Source: Oligoflexales bacterium (GTDB lineage: Bacteria > Bdellovibrionota_B > Oligoflexia > Oligoflexales > Bog-1112). Taken from it: DNA of 16,583 bases. Below, piece by piece: positions 9,795 through 16,583 of the stretch (the first letter of the stretch is position 1; every line of letters starts with the position of its first letter). The stretch covers positions 1-16,583 of the forward strand of contig JBGCDR010000372.1 in NCBI GenBank assembly GCA_045105515.1, written 5' to 3'. The notes below the pieces were generated by a model, which was not told where the DNA came from, did not search any database, and saw only the letters and a program-made list of their open reading frames with translations. Both the position numbers and the translations under genes were made by a program.

Positions 9795-9821
9795 TCTTCG
9801 GATGCCTAAGAGGATATTTTA
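9795..9821 (-). promoter_or_regulatory. Putative sigma28 (FliA) promoter of the chemosensory operon
   Basis: Minus strand reads TAAA-N15-TCCGAAGA (TAAA ATATCCTCTTAGGCA TCCGAAGA), against the consensus TAAA-N15-GCCGATAA. It lies about 65 nt upstream of the MCP start. Confidence 0.7.
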
Positions 9822-9940
9822 GAAAATAAAATTGGGATTTTTATTTTAAAGCAGAGCTAAAATTTGGTAACACATTGAAAAACTATGCCTAATTTTGAGA
9901 ATGATTATGGGGTAATTCTTTTTGAAACGTATTAGATTTG

Positions 9941-10975
9941 CTAAAAATTAGAAAACTCTGTTTGGAAAGAACGCGATTCTTTTACAAGATTTTCTGATTT
10001 TTGTTCAAAAATCTCAAGTCCGAGCGTATGCCTAACAAATTGAGCAATATTTTCTATTGCCTCTCGACCTTCGGGAATAATATCAGAAAAAATTTGCCAG
10101 ACATGTGGCATATCTTTCCATACCTGAAAAGTAACTTGCAATTCCTGGTCTTTTAGCAATTTTACCAGATCCTTTGAGTCATCATAAAGGACCTCAGAAG
10201 AACTTGCTTGAATCAAGATCGGGGGGCAGTTTGCAAAATCACCAAAAATCGGAGATATTTGCGGATGAGAAAAGTCATAACCTTGGTCACCTACATAATT
10301 ATTTGCAAGCCGCGAAGCAATGGAATGATTCACAATCATGTCAGTTTTCTGATTAGCTTCAAAACTTTTACGGTTACAATTCAAATCAGTCCAAGGGGAA
10401 AGACACACACAACCTCCAGGTGTTGGTAAACCCCTCGCTTTAACACCATGAAACGAGCTAAGGGCAAGGCCACCACCAGCGGAGTCTCCCATAAGAATGA
10501 TATCCTTTGCCTGGTAACCCTGAGCTATCAGCCACTCATACGCAAGGAGAGCATCATTTAATCCAGATGGAAAAGGAGATTCGGGAGCAAGAGCATATTC
10601 AACCAGAAGCGCTTTAACCTTGGATTTTTGAACAATCCGGTTAACCAGACTCCTATGGGTATTGCACGAACCAAGAGCGTAACCACCACCATGGAAATAT
10701 AATATGGCTTTATCATAAGTACATTGTTTGTCTAGTACCCATTCAGCATACATATGCTCAATCTTGATAGGGTATTTTGGCTTTGGAACCGATAAGCTGT
10801 ACAAATGGAGAACTCTTTCCATATTTCTTCTAAGGGCAGGAATTGGCATTTTTGGATTTCGGTTCATAAAAACCTTAACCACTTTTAACAATGTTTTTAG
10901 AGCGTGTCCCCGCACATTCAAAACATCAAGATTTCTCATAACCTGCCGGTATTTGTAAGGGCCTTCTTTTAGCAT
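9941..10975 (-). CDS. Alpha/beta hydrolase, hormone-sensitive-lipase (family IV) esterase
   Basis: Oxyanion motif YFHGGGY, EYALAPE, nucleophile GDSAGG, SPWTDL, acid SEVLYDD, His DMPHVW. Start moved from TTG 10987 to ATG 10975 because GGAGGG lies just upstream of that ATG. Confidence 0.93.
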   Translation of the reverse strand: MLKEGPYKYRQVMRNLDVLNVRGHALKTLLKVVKVFMNRNPKMPIPALRRNMERVLHLYSLSVPKPKYPIKIEHMYAEWVLDKQCTYDKAILYFHGGGYALGSCNTHRSLVNRIVQKSKVKALLVEYALAPESPFPSGLNDALLAYEWLIAQGYQAKDIILMGDSAGGGLALSSFHGVKARGLPTPGGCVCLSPWTDLNCNRKSFEANQKTDMIVNHSIASRLANNYVGDQGYDFSHPQISPIFGDFANCPPILIQASSSEVLYDDSKDLVKLLKDQELQVTFQVWKDMPHVWQIFSDIIPEGREAIENIAQFVRHTLGLEIFEQKSENLVKESRSFQTEFSNF

Positions 10976-11020
10976 GCTTCCCTCCAAAAAAACCTTAAGC
11001 TACTATTACTTTAAATCAAA

Positions 11021-11049
11021 TTGACACTATTTAAAAGATACCTTATACC
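11021..11049 (+). promoter_or_regulatory. Possible sigma70 promoter facing the repeat lipoprotein
   Basis: Perfect TTGACA, a 17-nt spacer, then TATACC (4/6, lacking the conserved final T). It would imply a leader of about 270 nt. Confidence 0.3.
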
Positions 11050-11321
11050 ATTTGGGATTTTTGATTTATCAATGTTAATCCTTAACTAGCTGATACTGCA
11101 TTCAAACTTTATTTATCCATCATTTATGACCAAATGGTAACATTATTACTACTGCCCCAAACATGGCCTGCTCATTGAGCTAATGTAATATTTTACAAAT
11201 TTTTTAATCTCTCCAACAATAACCTGAAATAATGAAGAAATAATATAAAATTCAACAAAAGACCCAGATGGTCGCTTCAAGATATTGTACTAAATGTTTT
11301 TTGTGAATTAGGATTATAACG

Positions 11322-14300
11322 ATGAAGTTCACTTCTAAAATAATTGGGTTCAGTCTATCTTTCTTGATAAGTTCTTGTGGTGTCGCTCCAAAAGATGAAG
11401 ACCAACAAGAGATTTCTGTTGAAGAAGAAGCCGGTAAGGTCTTGGCCAACAATGTTAAGAAGGCCCGTACCACTGCTCCACAAAAACCTACGACAATATT
11501 ACTGCATGGGAAATTAACGACTGGAAACCAAATTGGTTTTGGTCTTGTCAATTCTGATCCCATAAAAATCAATATCAAACAGTTAGAACTTTCTGCTTCT
11601 GGTGTGAGTTATGAAATGGTAACAAGCACAGAGGCGTCTTACGATGGTTCTTTTTCTGTGGAAGTAGAATATAGCAGTAGCTTATTAGTTGAAGGAATTC
11701 TGGAGAATGATGCAGGAGATACACTTAGTGCCGTAGTACCTCCTGTTGGCAGTGAAACGAAAACTGAAGAGGTGGAAGTAGTCTTAGATGATGTTTCAAA
11801 CCTTGCTGCCCAAATGTTCTTAAGAGCTGCTAACGATAAAACTGGATTAGAGTTAATAAAAAACAATCAATTTGACTATTTTGGTATGTACGAAATTGCT
11901 CTTATGACTCAGAGAAATCTTGAGGATTCTATTAAAGACTATGGAAATATTGATATAAACGATATTGATGCAATCATCCAAGCTATACTTGAGCTCACAG
12001 GGAATTTTATAGCTGAAAATAAAACCTTGGTTGAAGATATCCTAAAAAAATCCGCAGAAAATGGAGATCCCTCGATCTCAGCTGATTATTTTGAACAAAG
12101 ATCAAAGAAATTATTCTTAGGTGAAGGCTCTGACGATCAGTCTTGGGAAGATAAAATAAATTTGGTTGAAAAAGAAATCCCGGGATTGGCGAAGGATTCA
12201 AATCCTGCGGAATTAGAAAAACAAATCGAGGATACATTAAGCGAAAAGGGCTTGGATAAGGCTGTTGCTGTTTGGAGCCCCGAAGAGAAAAAAGCTATCA
12301 GAGAACTAAAAAAGAAAAAAAATGACATAGAAACTAAAAAGAAGATCTTAGCTTCGATTCTTGCTAACGATGAATTAAAAGATAAGTTGCTAAGGTGCGA
12401 CGAGACTCAAGCTGACTGCGCAGCTCTCAAGGAACTTATGGCTAAGCTCCCTCAAGCTAAAGAAAATGTTGCAGAGAAGAAAGAAAAACTGCAGAAGAGC
12501 GTCCCAGCTCCTGCTGCACCAGAAGAAGAATTTTCCTCAGCTTTAAAACCGAAAGAGGAAGCGAAAGAAATACCTGAGAACAAAGTTTTGACTGAAGATG
12601 AAGAAGCAAAAGCTATAGATTCATCAGAAGGCGAAAAAGAAGAAAAAATAGAAATTACCTTTGAAGAGGAAGAAGAAGAAAATACAGAAGAACAAACAAG
12701 CGAAGAAGAAGCAACACTCGCCTTACTTCCAGAAAAACCTGAGAATGAAGATCAAGAGGGAGAAGAAGAAAGCAAGGAAACTGAAAATCCTAGCGACCCA
12801 GAAACCACAGAAGCAGAGTCTAAGCCAGAAATAATCGTTGAAAAAAATGGCTGTTACATCACCCAAGATATGTGCACAAGACATCCAAAAAGGGTTGGTA
12901 CGTTTGCGGATTCCTATCAAAACTCTAGCCAGAATATCGAACGATGTATGAAACGGGCTGTTGATTTTCATCGCTGGTGCAAAAATGATATAAGTGATAC
13001 AACCACAGCCGAATTTTACGACAAGGGCACACTTGTAGAAAAAACAACTGTCAATACAGCTTGTATGATCGAGCAAAATGTATGTACTAAAAGACCAGAT
13101 CGTGTAGGTGTTTTCTTAGACTACCATCAAAATGCCTTCAAAGATGAAACTCGCTGTTTGCGCAGGGCCAATGACTTTGCCAGATGGTGTGGAAACTCTT
13201 ATGAAGATGCCACCGTTGCAAGGTTTTACCAAAATGGTGCTTTAATTTCAGAACAAAGCACAGCGGAGAGCGCATGTGAAATTGAGTTGAACCACTGCAC
13301 AAAACGCCCTGAAAGAACAGGTAAATTTCTCGACTTTCATAGGGGAGCAGATAGCAATCAAGAAGTTTGCTTGAAGCGGGCTCATGAGTTTTCGAGATGG
13401 TGCCAAAATTCCTATGAACAGCCAGTGGTTTCGAGATTTTTTCAGCAAGGTGAGCTTGTTGCAGAGGAAAGCACATATGATAGTGCATGTGAAATAGAGT
13501 TAACCGCTTGTAATAAGCACCCTAGCAGAGTAGGAGAATTCCTAGATTTTCATAAAGGTTCGCATAAAGACCAAGCAGTATGTTTAAAAAGAGCAAACGA
13601 ATACCATCGCTGGTGTGGAAATTCTTATATGCAAGAGGTCACTGCTCGCTTCATGCAAAAAGGTGAATCCATAGCTCAGATTTCCACCAAGACTTCAGGG
13701 TGCGAGATCAATCAGGAAGTATGCCGACTACGTTCAGGACGTGTTGGCACCTTTATGGATTACCATCAAAATGCTCATAAATCTGAAGAACGCTGTATGA
13801 AACGGGCAATTGACTACCACAAATGGTGTGGCAACCAAGTTTCTGAAATTACTTCAGCCACATATTATGAAGGTAGTGAGGTAAAATCTAAAACCGATAC
13901 AACTAGTGGTTGTATGATCGAACAGGATGTTTGTTTAAAGCACCCTCAAAAAGTTGGGAATTTCCTAGACAATCACAAAGGGTCTGATAAGGACGAAGCA
14001 AAGTGCCTTGCTAGGGCTAAGGAATTTCATAGATGGTGTGGCAACGGTTATCCAGAAATTACTATTGCCAAATTCGTAGAAAAAGGTGAGGTGAAAGCTA
14101 CAAAGAGCACTTACGATAGCGCTTGCGTGATCGAACAAGAAGTGTGCCGGAAGCAACCGAAAAAAGCTGGATCATTTACCGACTATCACCAAAACTCTGA
14201 CACCGACCAAGCTCGATGTCTCAAAAGAGCTAGTGATTACCACCGCTGGTGTGGAAACACTTACGACGAGGTTACGACAGCCTTGTTTTATGAATCAGGA

Positions 14301-14966
14301 GAAGTGAAGGCCAAAAAAGATACACGCACAGCTTGTGTCATCGAGCAAAATATCTGCACTAACCACCCGCAAAAGGTAGGTAATCTCATTGACTGGAACC
14401 AGAGAACTGCCACAGACCCCGATCTTTGTATGAAACGAGCAGGTCAGATCCATAGATGGTGTGGGAATTCATTTGACAATGTGACCACTGCAACCTTTTA
14501 CGAAGATGGTGTTGCAGTTACTAGCAAAGACACAACATCTGGCTGTTTAATCCAACAAGATCAGTGTGCTGCTAGGGCACACCGTTCGGGTGAATTTTTA
14601 GACTATCATCAAGGAGCAGATAGCAACGAGCTAAGATGTTTAAAGCGCGCGAAAGAATACCACAGATGGTGTCAGAACCCTTATGATACGGTTACCTCAG
14701 CTAAGTTCTATAAAGATGGTGAGCTGATTAGTGAAAAAGACACAAGCACAAGTTGCGTTATTTCACAGGCTACCTGCGAGATACGTAGCCAATGGGCTGG
14801 CGAATTCACCGACTATCATCGAGGTGCTGATACTGATGAGGCAAGCTGTTTGAAACGTTCTTTTGAATATCATCGCTGGTGTGGAAACACTTTTGAAAAC
14901 CCGACAAAAGCTAGCTTCTACAAAGATGGAAATTTAATTGCCAGCAAAGAAACTACAAGTGGATGA
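11322..14966 (+). CDS. Large lipoprotein with tandem four-cysteine repeats (unknown function); probably extends to 15174 across a frameshift
   Basis: Signal peptide MKFTSKIIGFSLSFLISS-C with lipobox ISSC and an AGGA RBS. Unknown N-terminal region, a Lys/Glu helical segment, a Glu-rich linker (aa ~400-505), then 10 repeats from aa 511. Confidence 0.9.
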   Translation: MKFTSKIIGFSLSFLISSCGVAPKDEDQQEISVEEEAGKVLANNVKKARTTAPQKPTTILLHGKLTTGNQIGFGLVNSDPIKINIKQLELSASGVSYEMVTSTEASYDGSFSVEVEYSSSLLVEGILENDAGDTLSAVVPPVGSETKTEEVEVVLDDVSNLAAQMFLRAANDKTGLELIKNNQFDYFGMYEIALMTQRNLEDSIKDYGNIDINDIDAIIQAILELTGNFIAENKTLVEDILKKSAENGDPSISADYFEQRSKKLFLGEGSDDQSWEDKINLVEKEIPGLAKDSNPAELEKQIEDTLSEKGLDKAVAVWSPEEKKAIRELKKKKNDIETKKKILASILANDELKDKLLRCDETQADCAALKELMAKLPQAKENVAEKKEKLQKSVPAPAAPEEEFSSALKPKEEAKEIPENKVLTEDEEAKAIDSSEGEKEEKIEITFEEEEEENTEEQTSEEEATLALLPEKPENEDQEGEEESKETENPSDPETTEAESKPEIIVEKNGCYITQDMCTRHPKRVGTFADSYQNSSQNIERCMKRAVDFHRWCKNDISDTTTAEFYDKGTLVEKTTVNTACMIEQNVCTKRPDRVGVFLDYHQNAFKDETRCLRRANDFARWCGNSYEDATVARFYQNGALISEQSTAESACEIELNHCTKRPERTGKFLDFHRGADSNQEVCLKRAHEFSRWCQNSYEQPVVSRFFQQGELVAEESTYDSACEIELTACNKHPSRVGEFLDFHKGSHKDQAVCLKRANEYHRWCGNSYMQEVTARFMQKGESIAQISTKTSGCEINQEVCRLRSGRVGTFMDYHQNAHKSEERCMKRAIDYHKWCGNQVSEITSATYYEGSEVKSKTDTTSGCMIEQDVCLKHPQKVGNFLDNHKGSDKDEAKCLARAKEFHRWCGNGYPEITIAKFVEKGEVKATKSTYDSACVIEQEVCRKQPKKAGSFTDYHQNSDTDQARCLKRASDYHRWCGNTYDEVTTALFYESGEVKAKKDTRTACVIEQNICTNHPQKVGNLIDWNQRTATDPDLCMKRAGQIHRWCGNSFDNVTTATFYEDGVAVTSKDTTSGCLIQQDQCAARAHRSGEFLDYHQGADSNELRCLKRAKEYHRWCQNPYDTVTSAKFYKDGELISEKDTSTSCVISQATCEIRSQWAGEFTDYHRGADTDEASCLKRSFEYHRWCGNTFENPTKASFYKDGNLIASKETTSG

Positions 14967-15171
14967 TGTTGAGTTAAGTCAATGCGACCGGTATCCTAAG
15001 CGAGTTGGCTCTTTCTTTGACACCTATCAAAATGCAGAAGCTGACCAAGATCGTTGCCTACTCCGTGCTGATGATTATCACAAGTGGTGCAAAAACCCAG
15101 AAGGCACTAAAACAGCTACTGCCACTTTTTATCAGAATGGTAATGTTGAAGGTTCTAAAGAATCTGGAAAC
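12852..15171 (+). repeat. Eleven tandem 210/213-nt coding repeats (C-x6-C-x23-C-x10-C-x27/28)
   Basis: Units start at 12852, 13062, 13275, 13488, 13701, 13911, 14124, 14334, 14544, 14754 and 14964 (frameshifted). Consensus CxIxQxxCxxxPxRVGxFxDYHQxxxxDxxxCLKRAxEYHRWCGNxYxxxTxAxFYxxG. Confidence 0.95.
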
Positions 15172-15174
15172 TAG
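14964..15174 (+). pseudogene. Frameshifted 11th repeat and true C-terminus of the lipoprotein (ORF track 14938..15174)
   Basis: The +1 frame reads DVELSQCDRYPKRVGSFFDTYQNAEADQDRCLLRADDYHKWCKN..., a full repeat lacking only its first Cys. Restoring 2 nt (GGA TG[TG]AT GTT) gives G-C-D-V-E-L-S-Q-C with the exact C-x6-C spacing. Confidence 0.85.
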
Positions 15175-16064
15175 GCTTTAAGATGCTTCGTGCTTCCATG
15201 CTTCAAAAAAAGATCTGTGGAAACACAGCCAATCAAAACTAGAGCTCCCATATAAAAGCCCCGAGACATATACTCCGTCTCTCCTCGGACAAGTAGCGCA
15301 AGTAATATTCCGTAAACAGGCTCCATATTTAATGACAAAACAGCTGTGAAAGTAGAAAGCCTTTTAAGGCAGTCTATGTAAATTGCCATTGCGAAGGCCG
15401 AGCATACAAGACCAAGAAAAAGTAAGCCAAGTAAATCTTTACCAGAAGGTATAGCCAACATAGCTTGCACTGGCTCATAAAAACTCCCAAGAGCAAGAGC
15501 GCTGATACAGGAGCCGAACATCTGAAAAACAGTGATTAAGGAACTACTACGACTTTTAACTAACTGACCAGTCATAATGGAATAAATTGAATCGGAAAAG
15601 GCTGCTCCAAGGCCAAGGAGAATTCCCAAAACATATGCTAGTTCAAAGTTATAAATCATAGTAAGACTTAAGACGCAGCATATACCCATGATGATCTCTG
15701 ATTTTTTCATCCTCTGTCGGGTATAAAGAGGCTCAAGAATTGAAAGAAAAAATGAGGTTGCAGACAAGCAAATCAGACCGATGGATATGGTTGAAACATT
15801 GATTGCCTGAAAAAAACACCACCAATGTACTCCCAATATCAACCCAGAACCTGTCAAAGCGAGTGCTTCCTTTATTGGTATATCCAGATTTTCTTTTTTC
15901 CAGAGAAAGCAGTAAGCAACCATAGCGATCATGGCAAAAAATGATCTATAAAACACAACTCCTGCTGAGGACAGGGAAATACTATCTCCAACAAGGCCGG
16001 AAGCACCCCACAACAGAATTACAAAGTGAAGGGCTGATATGTCAAATTTTGTTCTAGTGCTCAT
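15171..16064 (-). CDS. EamA/DMT-family transporter (about 10 TM)
   Basis: Two EamA-like halves: LLWGASGL, VVFYRSFFA, GVHWWCFFQAI, SILEPL, and LSLNMEPVYGILLA. The likely start is ATG 16064 (or 16076) rather than 16166, giving a family-typical ~297 aa. Its stop overlaps the repeat-11 stop in CTAG. Confidence 0.9.
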   Translation of the reverse strand: MSTRTKFDISALHFVILLWGASGLVGDSISLSSAGVVFYRSFFAMIAMVAYCFLWKKENLDIPIKEALALTGSGLILGVHWWCFFQAINVSTISIGLICLSATSFFLSILEPLYTRQRMKKSEIIMGICCVLSLTMIYNFELAYVLGILLGLGAAFSDSIYSIMTGQLVKSRSSSLITVFQMFGSCISALALGSFYEPVQAMLAIPSGKDLLGLLFLGLVCSAFAMAIYIDCLKRLSTFTAVLSLNMEPVYGILLALLVRGETEYMSRGFYMGALVLIGCVSTDLFLKHGSTKHLKA

Positions 16065-16283
16065 AGGATATCTCATTCTAAAGGAAGCGATCGCCCAATA
16101 TGCCATAATGTTGTGAAAAAGCCAATAAAAAAAATTGAACAATAACATATTATTACTATTATACAAAATTTTTCATACTCATCATTTCCTAATACCTAGC
16201 AAAAAATCATTATACCAATGAATACAGCATGATAGCTCAGTGTTGGTTATAAAATAATCCCCCTGACATCGAGAGTCGAACGG

Positions 16284-16471
16284 ACCGATAATCTCTAACC
16301 CAAATCCGAATTTTTGCATTTCCCGTCATCCTCTAAGGCTTCCTAGAAGGCTTGTATGGGGATATCCCCCAAGTAAATGGAGGATATTTGGGGGATGCTC
16401 CGACGTCCTTTGGGGACTACTGGGCATGGAGGCATACTCAGGACTTGAATTCAATAAGAAAATGCAAAAAT
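16284..16471 (+). other. Structured non-coding element (candidate CsrA-binding leader or sRNA)
   Basis: ACCGATAA (sigma28 -10-like) at 16284-16291. Perfect 12-bp inverted repeat 16310-16321/16460-16471. Hairpin ATCCCCCAA/TTGGGGGAT (16364-16396) with loop AATGGAGGA. CATGGAGG at 16425-16432. No ORF of 60 aa or more. Confidence 0.4.
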
Positions 16472-16583
16472 AATCTTGCCGTCCAGAATTCAAAACAAAT
16501 TTGTGCTTGAAAAAAATATTTTCATCAAAATTCCCCTTCCTAAGATGTGTTTAAGAGCTAATAAGAGAAAAATCTTAAGTTTT

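Noticed and set aside
11061..11072. TTGAT-TT-ATCAA resembling an FNR box
   Set aside because: The spacer is 2 nt instead of the required 4.
423..14156. Short alternative ORFs in the track (423-629, 957-1250, 2121-2309, 7062-7292, 8147-8371, 8453-8713, 10174-10958 set, 11252-14156 minus-strand set)
   Set aside because: All lie wholly or largely antisense or out of frame within well-supported genes and show no recognisable motifs; treated as shadow ORFs.
12852..15171. Repeat array as a multiheme cytochrome, CRISPR array or DGR template/variable repeat
   Set aside because: No CxxCH motifs. The repeats are in-frame protein units with diverged DNA, there is no repeat-spacer pattern or adenine-specific difference pattern, and no cas or reverse transcriptase gene is in the window.
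16065..16166. N-terminal extension of the EamA ORF given in the track
   Set aside because: It reads like AT-rich intergenic sequence, and family similarity and typical length start near MSTRTK.
16227..16290. tRNA-like fragments (TAGCTCAG on +, GTTCGACTC on -)
   Set aside because: They are on opposite strands, and neither a D-stem, a T-stem nor a cloverleaf can be formed.
16310..16471. Retron msr-msd or MITE interpretation of the 12-bp inverted repeat
   Set aside because: No G immediately after the repeat on either strand, no long msd-type hairpin, no reverse transcriptase in the window and no target-site duplication. Sequence beyond 16583 is unseen.
16257..16471. 6S RNA, SRP RNA or a known riboswitch (c-di-AMP, c-di-GMP, SAM, cobalamin, guanidine) upstream of the EamA gene
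   Set aside because: Only scattered short matches. Signature motifs are absent or in the wrong order; a covariance-model search is needed to exclude these formally.
16490..16525. Minus-strand 11-aa ORF MKIFFSSTNLF with an AGGAAGGGG upstream element
   Set aside because: Too short to support, and shifting frame at the T run gives no protein-like extension.

Overview
AT-rich bacterial window; the gene content suggests Bdellovibrionota/Oligoflexia, which is inference only. From left to right: (1) the right end of an IS5-family element (transposase C-terminus plus terminal repeat) inserted into a secreted SMP-30/gluconolactonase gene that also carries an in-frame nonsense codon. (2) A compact minus-strand chemosensory operon with a sigma28-type promoter: NIT-like MCP, CheA without an evident P2 domain, CheW, an unusual CheR-REC-REC-CheB fusion and a PAS hybrid histidine kinase, with no stand-alone CheY. 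(3) An HSL-family alpha/beta esterase. (4) A divergently transcribed lipoprotein of 1,214 aa with an acidic stalk and 10 tandem 70-71 aa four-cysteine repeats of a family I do not recognise; an 11th repeat is cut off by an apparent 2-nt deletion. (5) A convergent EamA/DMT transporter. (6) A structured, GGA-rich non-coding segment resembling a sigma28/CsrA-type leader, with an orphan Shine-Dalgarno and possibly the eroded start of a flagellin gene.
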